Shown one piece after another: positions 11,301-20,391 of a stretch of 64,000 nt of DNA. Source of the stretch: a virus; the IMG/VR virus record IMGVR_UViG_3300032116_000108, positions 16,133 through 80,132 of that record. The stretch is one strand, 5' to 3'. Each line of letters opens with the position of its first letter. Within the stretch, counting starts at the first letter, position 1. The notes beneath the pieces were generated by a model. The model had not been told where the DNA came from. It was given only the letters and a program-made list of their open reading frames with translations, and ran no database searches. Position numbers and translations under genes: made by a program.

Positions 11301-14300
11301 GGTACCATTAGTATTTAAAATAACTATGTTTTTATAGTTTGCGTTAGAATTCCAAGAATTAAAAGAACCACCAACAACTATTCTCCCATCCGATAGTAAA
11401 TCAATAGAATTAACATACCCACCACCATTCGCACCACCACCAACACCACCTAAATTAACACCAAAAGATACGTCGTAGGTACCATCACTATTTAATCTTG
11501 CAAGACCGTATGGGGCATTAGCACCACCAAATTGTGAGAATATTCCACCTACTAAAATTTTACCATCAGGCTGAATTTTAATCGCCTTAACTTTACTACC
11601 TGAAGCGGTTCCAGCAAAAAATCCACTACTAGTGTTTGTTTTAAAAACTGTGTCATATAAACCAGTTGTACCATCTAATCTTATTATACCACCAAAGTTA
11701 AGAACACTATTATAAGTGGTAAACCAACCACCTACTAAAATTTTACCATCCGCCTGAACGGCAACCGCCTCTACAGGTAAATTAAAACCATTATTATAAT
11801 TATTACCACCATTACCAGTATTAAATTGACTATTTAATGACCCATCTGTTTGATTAAGTTTTGCAATTCCTATTGTATATACATTTGGTGATGATCCAAA
11901 AGTATACTGAACAAACGCACCTCCTAATACCGGATTATTAGTACTATCAAATGCAATGGAATTTATATAATCACTAAATTTACCACCAAAACTACCCGCA
12001 GTAAAATATCCATTACCCCACCTAAATTTAATTCCGTTTTCGTATATAAAATTTCTCAAAGGACCATAAGTAGAATAAAGGTCAACTGTTTGTTCTAATT
12101 GACCTAATGTCATTCCTGTAATGATTTGAAAATACTCTACCCCTGCAGGAAATTTATAATCTTTACTCTGTTCAGTTAATCTTAATTTTAATTGTGCAGT
12201 ACCAATTTGTTGATTAGTTTTTATATATGTTTTATTTACGTTATTTAAACCATTTTGAATGTTATTTGTTGTTCCAGTTACTGATGTTGTTCCAAATTGG
12301 TTTAACGTAGAACCTGTTAAGTTTGGGTCGTTTATTAAATTTAAATCAGTGAATGTTAATAATTGTCCAGCACCACCTAATTGTTCTAAAGTACCTTCAT
12401 CACATAAAAGAATCAAAGGTAAATCCGTAAAAGGTACTGATGGGTCTTCTAAATTTGTTTGTGGGTTGGTGTTTTTAACGGTAGTCGTAATATAAGTACC
12501 ATCTTCAAAGTATGCTCCTCTTGAATTTAATTTATTTAATGATTGTGACCAATGTGGTGTGAATCCTACTGCACCTATTTTACTATCTTGTTTTGGCCAA
12601 ACGGCAATATTAGTTTTTGCGAACTTAGTATATGGTCCACTATAACCAGCGAAACCTTGATTTATTCCATAATAAAATGATTGTTCGTCAGTTTCGCATG
12701 TTTGAAATGTTGAACAATAATTAGGTGAAATTAATTTTTGGTATTCTTGTAATTCTGTAAAAGTATATTCGCCAACACTATTACTATCAATTAAAACACT
12801 ATAATTAATTCTTTCTGATGTGTATACTGGGTCGGTTAAATCCCTATCCATTTCATATGTTTCACAAGTACAAGCCTCACAATCAGGATAACCCATCATA
12901 GGTAATGATAATCTAGGAAATGCCCTATCGTCTAACCTAATTGGGTTACTATCAGGACAATTTAATTCTGTTAAATTAAATTTTCTTCTAAGCCAATTTA
13001 TTGCATTACAAATTGCAATTATGATAACAAATATTATATCAAAAATTAAATTTATTATTTTTCTTATTATTGGATAAAATCTAGCAACAAAATGCCATAT
13101 AATAATTATTATTGGAAATACAACCGTAAATAATGTTATTAATAAATTGAATACGAAAAATAAACTATCAAAATTTCTAACTCCATCATTTACAGGAAAC
13201 CTGTTTGTTGTCGTTGTACATGACCTATCGGTTATTTCTTTAATCCCTAAATGTCTACTTCTATTGAAACCCCATTTCCACCTATCTAAAAAAGCAGATA
13301 CTGTATAAACTCTATTAAAATTAAACTCAAAAAACCTATCTTCACAATTGATTGCTTCTTGAATCATTTGATTTCCTAGTGTTGTTCCTGTGTCTCCATA
13401 TTCGTTCCAGTCTAAACTAAACGCATAACTTTGTTTTTGTAATAAGTCGTTTGCAGGTTTTTGTTCAGGAAATAAATTCCAACCATACTCTTTAATGTTT
13501 GGTATTAGATAATCGGGTCTTATTACATCGTCATTTGCTCCACCCTCATTTTGGTACACTACCCTAAATCTATATTTTGCCTTTGTTGGTATTCCTACTG
13601 TTGGGTCGTTAGATAATACTTGTTCTCCAAATTCGTTTGTAGAAACAAAATCCAAATTCATTGGTAGTTCCACTAACCATGTTCCGTTATCATCAACTAC
13701 GTTACCTCCTTCAGGTAATTGATACTGTTCTAAAACAGGGAGTCCGGCACTATCGTTATCTATTGTTTGTCTTATTGCTAAAATTTTAGCAGGTCCTGTA
13801 ACTAAATCACAAAGATTACCAGTATCAAACTTAGGTTTACAATTAATACCCAAAGCGTCATCATCTGTTGCTGAAAATAATGATCCCATAAAAATTGATT
13901 GTGGTTCAATTACAATTCCTAAATCTCTTAAATCAAAATCTACTCTTGTGATACCGACATTACAAATATCACCTTCACCCCAAAATGAAGCGACATCCAC
14001 ATCTTTTTTAGAGTTTATAATTTGAGGTAAGGCGTCTAAGTCTGAGGACGATCTAAATTGTGTTCCAGCAAATTGTGACTCAACACCCATACCCATTCTA
14101 ATCAAATCTGAGGGTCTTTGGGAGAAGCACCCTATGTTAGATATGTCCATGTCCATGATAACCGTTTGTATTCCTAATGGAACACCGACTATCATAAAGT
14201 CTCCGCTGTCGTTAGTTCTTACGGTATATTTATAATATTTTTCATATACTTCTAATACTTCTTGTCTTGTTAACACATCTTCTCTACTAGGGAATGTACC

Positions 14301-14654
14301 TGTTGGTGTGTGTCCCCCGTATTCTTTTTCGTAAGGTAAGAGGTTATATCTATACCCGTCTTCGTTTTTTTGATCAACTCTTTTATATGGGTAAAGTGTT
14401 GATATTACAACATCATTCTCGTCTTCTTGGGTTAATGGGACAAAAACAGAAACGGCAACATTAGGTACACCATAACCACCGTTAGCTACAACTCTACCTG
14501 TTACCACACCGTAATCAGCACAAAATCTTGTATAAACATCTGATTGTTTTAGTTTTAAAGATAAAATCTCAATGAAATCGAAATCTTGTTCGATATTCAT
14601 TCTTATATTTTTATCTTTCCCTGGTGTGGTTCTGAATCTATAACTTTTTCCCAT
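8349..14654 (-). CDS. Large tail/baseplate protein with Delta-60 (DUF5122) beta-propeller and hydrophobic hairpin
   Basis: 2101 aa; N-terminal prealbumin-like strand pattern (VVTGRVV...VPNVAVSVF); seven repeats of the type VAVQADGKILVGG.F...RLN.DG..D..F; two long hydrophobic segments at about aa 497-555. Confidence 0.75.
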   Translation of the reverse strand: MGKSYRFRTTPGKDKNIRMNIEQDFDFIEILSLKLKQSDVYTRFCADYGVVTGRVVANGGYGVPNVAVSVFVPLTQEDENDVVISTLYPYKRVDQKNEDGYRYNLLPYEKEYGGHTPTGTFPSREDVLTRQEVLEVYEKYYKYTVRTNDSGDFMIVGVPLGIQTVIMDMDISNIGCFSQRPSDLIRMGMGVESQFAGTQFRSSSDLDALPQIINSKKDVDVASFWGEGDICNVGITRVDFDLRDLGIVIEPQSIFMGSLFSATDDDALGINCKPKFDTGNLCDLVTGPAKILAIRQTIDNDSAGLPVLEQYQLPEGGNVVDDNGTWLVELPMNLDFVSTNEFGEQVLSNDPTVGIPTKAKYRFRVVYQNEGGANDDVIRPDYLIPNIKEYGWNLFPEQKPANDLLQKQSYAFSLDWNEYGDTGTTLGNQMIQEAINCEDRFFEFNFNRVYTVSAFLDRWKWGFNRSRHLGIKEITDRSCTTTTNRFPVNDGVRNFDSLFFVFNLLITLFTVVFPIIIIIWHFVARFYPIIRKIINLIFDIIFVIIIAICNAINWLRRKFNLTELNCPDSNPIRLDDRAFPRLSLPMMGYPDCEACTCETYEMDRDLTDPVYTSERINYSVLIDSNSVGEYTFTELQEYQKLISPNYCSTFQTCETDEQSFYYGINQGFAGYSGPYTKFAKTNIAVWPKQDSKIGAVGFTPHWSQSLNKLNSRGAYFEDGTYITTTVKNTNPQTNLEDPSVPFTDLPLILLCDEGTLEQLGGAGQLLTFTDLNLINDPNLTGSTLNQFGTTSVTGTTNNIQNGLNNVNKTYIKTNQQIGTAQLKLRLTEQSKDYKFPAGVEYFQIITGMTLGQLEQTVDLYSTYGPLRNFIYENGIKFRWGNGYFTAGSFGGKFSDYINSIAFDSTNNPVLGGAFVQYTFGSSPNVYTIGIAKLNQTDGSLNSQFNTGNGGNNYNNGFNLPVEAVAVQADGKILVGGWFTTYNSVLNFGGIIRLDGTTGLYDTVFKTNTSSGFFAGTASGSKVKAIKIQPDGKILVGGIFSQFGGANAPYGLARLNSDGTYDVSFGVNLGGVGGGANGGGYVNSIDLLSDGRIVVGGSFNSWNSNANYKNIVILNTNGTIDASFDVTTLIPGEPNGFVGEVKIVKVDANDNILVGGKMTKFRGDSNIQKLVRITPTGIVDTLFNIFTELQQNLQDFTALSEIRSVEIDSNNQILIGGVFAALDRTNILKINQDGSIDPTFDAGNDWGTSVNTIKEDPNGGYYVGGNFSFNSANNTQRLNFAKIGTDGSLSETGTISNADPLSYWRNVASGFNAYPKFFFENFYNKEILILTRGVDPYTQKQTIEYDLSPLIGSTLKIKGDYYLNIPVQPNFPQWQQGLTGPSTTNLAWQEQGISNSQWYTGGITPESHDVINNTNPVLYHRPYNNFNITQPWSAFTNNSLKYYNSTDKSRVSHVAFPNDIYNIGDFTNGLGRETLVSYQWTQGSNTIGVQWTQGDPPDNVGPIYTDPNNGTPVFKQGIVEGSTFLASTKSPGERVNLVDPLTFVRIFSPAYHMDYLTDTIMTNKTRLVFRSDRLPTSTTTEVNGNTSYSLFLNDNFAIYRISDQGILEGLTYQINQQTDTTNNFQDFADDNSSQVNDAILNTLTCEGLKPLDCYVGQGTSFSVSDPCLTNEDTSLSTQRVIGGCYYFVQEPFFKVESIKKDINFFAEWKARFRFTYAACRGVISHVFQNNWVNGSLYMFPIKKQTIFDIQGNPTKRIHCGSKDTFYSDQGPVYYNEDYNGYFYRATPYNITNGFIGQKPKYFDTTTITWVDAEPKFKGMNKRNIHFPTTIMDLGARDQFAKEICFNPELEGYLIETIKSTSFNETSDILLFFILSRLLSSTNGQRLIGSGDASINTIFSRSENRIDGDLAQLFSINSEYGIVPFNDQFYDDFDIYLDSQGSALIGIFFSANTENRILLTPGINTFGNVQQLIPYPKTQEVPFYKWRKVDPQASTPSDPQPAPTIFGSELNDWNTDLQTTNNLYSVNYQTMSFNGIPYFQATNGNNTGYIINYDNNGQPTPVPSQNQATDSFIVGAPYHFYFGLNKGKSAMNRYISKYIVGQE
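10790..12020 (-). repeat. Seven Delta-60-type repeats (protein level)
   Basis: Units begin INSIAFDS, VEAVAVQA, VKAIKIQP, VNSIDLLS, VKIVKVDA, IRSVEIDS, VNTIKEDP; each has [LVI]GG.[FM] and a DG/TG turn. Confidence 0.85.
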
Positions 14655-14724
14655 TATTACCTTTGTTGATAAATAGTTATTTTATCAATTTTAAGATAAG
14701 TCATAACTTATCAAAATAAATAAT

Positions 14725-16563
14725 TTAACCAAAGTCAACGGTACTTAGATTTAAGACACTTACTTTAATGTCCTTATTAGGGAATCTTATTTGATATATT
14801 TGGTCAGGTTCTGCAAATATCGTATTATTAATTAGTCGTATCTGTTTTGTTGTTGTGTTCACATAACTTTGTGAAGTTTCTGATGATGAGTATTGACCTC
14901 CAACTTTATTATAGACTTTAACTTCACTTAATGTATTAACACCAGCAATATCTTGTATTTGTTTATTAAGGTCAGATATATTAACATTCTGACCCAAATC
15001 TCTATTTGCTGGATTCATGAAGTTTGAAGTTGTATTAATAATTTCAGTTATTACTTGAGATTGGCTACCAGGTGAATCTAAAACTACAAAAAATTCAAAC
15101 TCTAAATCAATAACTTTTGCAACTTCTACGGAAATATAATCATTAATCATTCTATATCTTGATAAATAAGTTGCCAAATTTGAGATCAAGTTATTAGAAA
15201 CCGTTTGTGTTAATGCCCCTGAAACATCATACGATAAAACTTTAACCGATATTTTATTATTAAATTCACTTATTTGAACCTTTGCAGGTGCACCAAATTT
15301 TCCAGGCATTGTCTCTATAAGAGATTTATAATCATTAATTGTTACAGCCCTTCTTTGTGCCGCAAAATTAAATGAAACCATATTTCTTACTTCATTAACG
15401 CTAGGTTGATTTGCCCCTCCTATTGCTGCCGTAATATTATTTACAGTTAATGACTGGACAACATTAGTATTGTCTTGTTGTGACGGACCATTAACACTAA
15501 AATCTATTTGACCTAATTGATTTATCGCACCAACACCAATATTGGACGATAAACCACCACCAATTCTATATTGTATAAACAATGTTGTGTTTGGTATAAC
15601 GGTTAAACCTAAACCAATATTATTTTGATAATTCGCTAAGTTTAATTTTATACCTGTATTTGTAAAATTGTTTAATTGTTGTTCAGGTGTTGTTGTTCCT
15701 CCACCAAATTGTAACTTTAAAAACCCTTCAGGTGTATATTCAGTTATAAATCTATTTTGAGTTTTTATATATTTCCCTACTTTTACACCAGCGTTATCTG
15801 TTGGTTTTGTTGGGTCTTCTACAAATATTGTGTCTTCAACTAAAGAATCGACTTCATACCATCTATTTGTTGATGTCGAAAACTCGGCAAATGTTGGTGT
15901 TGTTTGGTATTGTGTTCCGTCTTTTTGTATTACTGAAGTTACCCCTAAAACATTTCTTTCAGGTAAGAAAAAATTAAAAAAGGGAACAACATCTTGTGGG
16001 TTAATTACTTTTTTAAATACTTTTGTGGCCCCATTTACTACCACTTCTTGTTTAGTAATGACATAACTTGATAACTTATTATCTTGATCAAATATAGGTC
16101 TAACTGTTCTATTGATAAAACCTTCATTATTAAATTGAGTGGAAAAATCAACGTCGTTAACTAATTCAAAGATCTGTCCTCCTCCTTGAAACTGGGATCC
16201 TGCCCTTAAAATACCTAAATATCTTGAATCAGGGGAATCACCAAATGGTCGTACTGTTATTGAAATATTAACAATCGCAACCGATGGTCTGTATCCCGGA
16301 ATTTTAAGTCCGTAGGTTCTAGCAATATTAAATACTGAAGATCTTTGTTGTGCAAACTGTAATACTGTTTCTTGAACACTTCTATCAATATGATAATGTA
16401 AGTTGTCACCTATCGCAGCATTTAAATCCATGAACACAGAAAAAAGAGATGCGTCATTAAAATTTTGTATTAACTCAGGGTAATACTGTTGTGTATAATT
16501 TAATAAGTCTTCTCTTAAACTTACAAAATCTCTGTTTGTGTATGAAATTTTATTATTTGCCAT
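14725..16563 (-). CDS. Baseplate wedge subunit (T4 gp6 / baseplate J-like)
   Basis: YTNRDFVSLREDL, AQQRSSVFNIARTYG, YRIGGG, AIGGA...RAVTINDY motifs; next to gp25. Confidence 0.88.
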   Translation of the reverse strand: MANNKISYTNRDFVSLREDLLNYTQQYYPELIQNFNDASLFSVFMDLNAAIGDNLHYHIDRSVQETVLQFAQQRSSVFNIARTYGLKIPGYRPSVAIVNISITVRPFGDSPDSRYLGILRAGSQFQGGGQIFELVNDVDFSTQFNNEGFINRTVRPIFDQDNKLSSYVITKQEVVVNGATKVFKKVINPQDVVPFFNFFLPERNVLGVTSVIQKDGTQYQTTPTFAEFSTSTNRWYEVDSLVEDTIFVEDPTKPTDNAGVKVGKYIKTQNRFITEYTPEGFLKLQFGGGTTTPEQQLNNFTNTGIKLNLANYQNNIGLGLTVIPNTTLFIQYRIGGGLSSNIGVGAINQLGQIDFSVNGPSQQDNTNVVQSLTVNNITAAIGGANQPSVNEVRNMVSFNFAAQRRAVTINDYKSLIETMPGKFGAPAKVQISEFNNKISVKVLSYDVSGALTQTVSNNLISNLATYLSRYRMINDYISVEVAKVIDLEFEFFVVLDSPGSQSQVITEIINTTSNFMNPANRDLGQNVNISDLNKQIQDIAGVNTLSEVKVYNKVGGQYSSSETSQSYVNTTTKQIRLINNTIFAEPDQIYQIRFPNKDIKVSVLNLSTVDFG

Positions 16564-16569
16564 ATAACA

Positions 16570-17031
16570 TTAAATATTAATTATTACAAATTCTCTAGAA
16601 CCAAATGGGTTACTTTCATTTGTGTACTCTATTTTAACTTTTGCCGTGTATTCTTCGGTATTTGCACCAGGTAATCTGTAAATCTCGTCGTTAAATTCTT
16701 GTGATTCAATTCTTTCGATGCTATTTTCATCTTTAATATACGGTTCTATTGATATGTTTTGTATAGTTAAATTTGGAATGTATTCAGAAACGCTTTGTTG
16801 TATTTCATTTTTAATGGCTTCAAAAGTTTCCCCGTCAAGTGGTTCAAAAATATACTCATAGAGTCTTGTACCAAAATCAGGTAGGTAATACCTATAACCT
16901 TTTCTTGTTAATAATAAATGAATCAAATTACTTCTTATTTCCTCATCCGTTTGTTCTGATAATGAAAGATATTTTCCTGTTATACTTTGTCTAAAAGGAA
17001 AATTTATACCGTATGTTATACCATTTGCCAT
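16570..17031 (-). CDS. Baseplate wedge subunit gp25/gpW-like
   Basis: IRSNLIHLLLTRKGYRYYLPDFGTRLYEYIFEP is the gp25 signature. Start moved to MANGITYG (ATG 17031). Confidence 0.92.
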   Translation of the reverse strand: MANGITYGINFPFRQSITGKYLSLSEQTDEEIRSNLIHLLLTRKGYRYYLPDFGTRLYEYIFEPLDGETFEAIKNEIQQSVSEYIPNLTIQNISIEPYIKDENSIERIESQEFNDEIYRLPGANTEEYTAKVKIEYTNESNPFGSREFVIINI

Positions 17032-17076
17032 ATATAATAAATATAACAAAACATAATTTGCATTATATGGTAAAAA

Positions 17077-18159
17077 CTATTTTACTAAATTGTGTTTTGT
17101 TTTATCATGAACAAACTCATATTCTTTACTCATTGCACCAAATGTAACCTTATCCAAACTAATTGTTTTGATCCATGAAGGTAAAACAACATAATCTAAA
17201 GCCTTACAATTCATATTTGCGTTTTCTTCATTAATTAAATACCAATAAATCCAAACCAATTGCATTTTAGTAAATTGTTTTCCTGATTTATTAGTTATCC
17301 TATATTTGTTTATTGTTTTATCAAATTTAATTTCAGCTTGGAATGGGTTTAACCCAATGTCTGGTAAATCTGTTTTTAATCCTAATGTGTCATTATTTGT
17401 TAAAATTTTACACATTAATATATTAGTATTATTTATTTTTACAGTTTTAGACCCATAGTATGATGAATCCATACTAGTTCTATTTGATTCTGTTTGTTTA
17501 AATTTTTCATTAGCATCAAAAGGGGGGATTTGTTTTTCTTTTTTTTTAGTATTGAATTTTATTTTGAATGTTGCTTGTTGTCCAGGTATTGGGTATAATT
17601 TAGTATCTCTTTTTTCGTCTATTTTACCTCCCGTATCCATGATTCTAGAATACGTTTGTACTATAACATTACTAGATGGAAATTCTTTAATTAAAACATT
17701 TTTTAAAGAATTTGCCCTATTTTTTGCATACTCTAAATTTTTTTCTCTGTTTTTTTCACCTGATAGTCCTTCGTATTTATTTGTAACTTTTTCTATTTTA
17801 AAAGGATCATTCGCATCTGTATTTTTATAATCGGCATTCATCGGTCCGTCAACATAATTACTAGCACCACCATAAACTGTAACATTTAACAAGTTAGTCA
17901 TTTCTATCCCCTGTTTGTCTAAATCCTCTTTAATTTTTTGTATAGCATTATTAATAGTAATTTCACTTTTTGTAACATCAAAACTTATGAAACCATTAAC
18001 CATATACTCGTTAGGGTTATCTTTAGAATTTGTTTTATTTAAAGTTATTAATGGTTTAGAAAAATCTAACCCTTCTAATAATACCTGTTGTTTGTTAAAT
18101 TTAACATACATTTCAAGTATATTTTTTTTTTCATTTTCACTTATAAATAATTTTTTCAT
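17077..18159 (-). CDS. Protein with divergent OmpA-C-like domain and N-terminal leader
   Basis: Probable start MKKLFISENEKK (18159); SFDVTKS...VTVYGGASN...KNLEYAKNRANSLKNVL resembles the OmpA-like N..L...RA motif. Confidence 0.5.
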   Translation of the reverse strand: MKKLFISENEKKNILEMYVKFNKQQVLLEGLDFSKPLITLNKTNSKDNPNEYMVNGFISFDVTKSEITINNAIQKIKEDLDKQGIEMTNLLNVTVYGGASNYVDGPMNADYKNTDANDPFKIEKVTNKYEGLSGEKNREKNLEYAKNRANSLKNVLIKEFPSSNVIVQTYSRIMDTGGKIDEKRDTKLYPIPGQQATFKIKFNTKKKEKQIPPFDANEKFKQTESNRTSMDSSYYGSKTVKINNTNILMCKILTNNDTLGLKTDLPDIGLNPFQAEIKFDKTINKYRITNKSGKQFTKMQLVWIYWYLINEENANMNCKALDYVVLPSWIKTISLDKVTFGAMSKEYEFVHDKTKHNLVK

Positions 18160-18180
18160 ACATATAATAAATATGTATAT

Positions 18181-18211
18181 AAAAAAAATCACTAATTACT
18201 TAGTGATTTTT
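18181..18211 (-). terminator. Intrinsic terminator after the nrdJ/DUF5522 genes
   Basis: Stem AAAAATCACTAA / TTAGTGATTTTT with 4-nt loop, followed by a T-run on the minus strand. Confidence 0.7.
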
Positions 18212-18422
18212 CTTGTAGGTTTGTATTTCCTCTTTCATGTCTTGGTTCGTATGGACAATGTAAACATCCGTTACCACAACATTTACCACGTTTCATATGG
18301 TAATCTTCTGTCATGACCATTCTACCTTGACTATCATAATAAAACTCAGTTGGTTGAAGTTTTGGTCCAAACTCTCTAACATATTGTTGTTGTATCCAAT
18401 CTTTTGATGCCCCTACATTCAT
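18192..18422 (-). CDS. DUF5522-like small Cys/His metal-binding protein
   Basis: FYYDSQGRMVMTEDYHMKRGKCCGNGCLHCPY matches the RG.CC..GC.HCPY pattern. Confidence 0.8.
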   Translation of the reverse strand: MNVGASKDWIQQQYVREFGPKLQPTEFYYDSQGRMVMTEDYHMKRGKCCGNGCLHCPYEPRHERGNTNLQEKSLSN

Positions 18423-18423
18423 T

Positions 18424-18504
18424 TTAGTTAGTTTTTCTTTGGTTATAAAACGCCAACAAAACTTGGTATGTTAGCGTTATATCATTTCCCCATTGTACTT
18501 TCAT
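18424..18504 (-). CDS. Putative 26-aa microprotein MKVQWGNDITLTYQVLLAFYNQRKTN
   Basis: Fills the nrdJ-DUF5522 gap almost exactly (3 nt after the nrdJ stop, 1 nt before the next ATG); below ORF-track cutoff. Confidence 0.45.
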   Translation of the reverse strand: MKVQWGNDITLTYQVLLAFYNQRKTN

Positions 18505-18507
18505 GAC

Positions 18508-20376
18508 TTAGACAATTTCACATGCTCCACCGGCACACGCAGCTTCTCCTCGTAGGTCAGTGTTATCTTGTAACTCAATAACTTTTGTAAGATCAACATT
18601 TGATAGTGTTTTAACCAATCTTTCAAAATCTTCTTTCGTACAGTCTTCAAAAGGTGCTTGTGTATATGTTCCTCCGTTGTATGGTAATACTGAAAGTCCG
18701 TTATAAAAGTCTCTATTATTCCACATCCAATCACCAACTAATTCCCACTCATCTTCTTTAATTGAAACGGTTGCCGATACGTTGTGAGTATTTTGTCCGT
18801 TTCTATGACCAGGTTTGATCCATTCTTGAGATACTTTTTTAACTCTCTCTAACATCTGAAATACTGACTCATGTCTAACAATTGAACCTTCAGGTGCTCT
18901 TTGTGGAATAGTAATTACCGCAGTATCATGTGGTCTAAAGTATTCATCTTCAATCAACTCAGGGTGATTAATTGCCAAGTATGAATAGATTGATTCGTTT
19001 TTACCAACACGGATTCTTCTTAGGTAATAATCATTATGCCAAGCGTGAATACCTGATGATGTCCCTAATACTAAAGATGATGTTCCTGATGGTTTAACTG
19101 TTGTTGTTCTTGCAGATTTGTTAATTTTAATTAATGATGCAACTCTTTCGTTTTCTTCTTTAACTGCCTTAGCAGCCCTTTTCATGTCATAACCTAAAAC
19201 AACACCTGAACCAATACCTGTCATACCAACACCGATAAGTGCGTCTTTTTCGGTTGTTCTTTTCCAAATATCTCTCAAGTAGTGAAAGTCAGTGTATCCT
19301 GCCTGTAAAGTACCAATGAATGATGCCGCTTTAACTCTTTTATCAAAATCTTCTTGTGATTCAATATCTGAAGCATTTACCTCACATAAATTACAGAATT
19401 GGAATGGTCTTAGTGCGATTTCACAACAAGGGTTTGTTCCCCAATCTTTATCGTTAGATAGATAAATTCCTGGTTCCCCTGCTCCTGATAATTCAATACG
19501 TTTCCACAAATCCATAAAGAATTCTTTTGTAATTTTGTGACGAAGAAGTACCGCTGAGTTATTTGCTCTACCTCTTTGTGCGTTTTGTTCCCACCAATTT
19601 CCTGACTTACAAGAAATCATTTCTTCATCGTCAGCCGAAAATAATGAAATAAGTGCCGCTCGTCTGATACCACCTGCAAGTACCGCGTCTGCAATATGAC
19701 AAACGATGTCGTGTGTTTCAATAGGTGTTAATCTTTCACCATCTTTTTTGTTATCCAAAACTTTAGTAATGTGGTGGATACAATCTTTTAATGGTTGAGG
19801 TCCGGGAGCCTTACCTCCTGATGTTACAAGCATCGCACCTTTTTGTCTAATATCTGAAAAATCAAACACAGGTGTTGATGATTTGTAACCTAAATACGAT
19901 TCCATTAATACTTTAATGGCATCTGCCCATCCTTCAATAGAGTCACCAATAAGATAACGTCTCGTTCTTTCAGGGTTTGGTTTTTTTATTTCTGGTAGTT
20001 TTTCAACGTGGTGTTTTTGAACTGAGTATCCAACTCCTGTTCCACCTAAAAGTAAAAACATTGTTTCAGAAAATGCATCTACGTGATCGATTGGCATATA
20101 TGCACAATTGTAGACTCTGTTTGGTGAGATTTCAATTGGTTTTCCACCAAATTGTAATGATCTCATAGATGGTAAAACTTTTTTGTCATACACCATTTTA
20201 TATACCTCTTCTATCTCATCTTTGATGTGGGGGTACTTACGTTGGTGCATCTCTTTGTTACGTGTTACCAACTCTTCCCAAGTCTCTCTCCTGTTTAATT
20301 CAGGTTGAAACTTAGCGTATTTCATAAAGACAGTAATGTCACTTAATATTTTTTGCGAAATATCCATTTTATTCAA
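18508..20376 (-). CDS. nrdJ: Class II (adenosylcobalamin-dependent) ribonucleotide reductase, monomeric RTPR type
   Basis: YNCAY, GGIRRAALI, TNPCCEI (NPCxE), TTVKPSGT and C-terminal ACAGGACEIV redox pair; no beta-subunit gene nearby. Confidence 0.9.
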   Translation of the reverse strand: MNKMDISQKILSDITVFMKYAKFQPELNRRETWEELVTRNKEMHQRKYPHIKDEIEEVYKMVYDKKVLPSMRSLQFGGKPIEISPNRVYNCAYMPIDHVDAFSETMFLLLGGTGVGYSVQKHHVEKLPEIKKPNPERTRRYLIGDSIEGWADAIKVLMESYLGYKSSTPVFDFSDIRQKGAMLVTSGGKAPGPQPLKDCIHHITKVLDNKKDGERLTPIETHDIVCHIADAVLAGGIRRAALISLFSADDEEMISCKSGNWWEQNAQRGRANNSAVLLRHKITKEFFMDLWKRIELSGAGEPGIYLSNDKDWGTNPCCEIALRPFQFCNLCEVNASDIESQEDFDKRVKAASFIGTLQAGYTDFHYLRDIWKRTTEKDALIGVGMTGIGSGVVLGYDMKRAAKAVKEENERVASLIKINKSARTTTVKPSGTSSLVLGTSSGIHAWHNDYYLRRIRVGKNESIYSYLAINHPELIEDEYFRPHDTAVITIPQRAPEGSIVRHESVFQMLERVKKVSQEWIKPGHRNGQNTHNVSATVSIKEDEWELVGDWMWNNRDFYNGLSVLPYNGGTYTQAPFEDCTKEDFERLVKTLSNVDLTKVIELQDNTDLRGEAACAGGACEIV

Positions 20377-20391
20377 ATTTAATAATTTATT

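Noticed and set aside
14666-14715. TTGATAAA/TTTATCAA inverted repeats upstream of the 2101-aa gene as an operator
   Set aside because: Almost all A/T and overlapping the TATTTAT motif; cannot be distinguished from chance.
18508-20376. Class I RNR alpha subunit (nrdA)
   Set aside because: No nrdB nearby, no C-terminal Tyr pair, and size and motifs fit monomeric class II.
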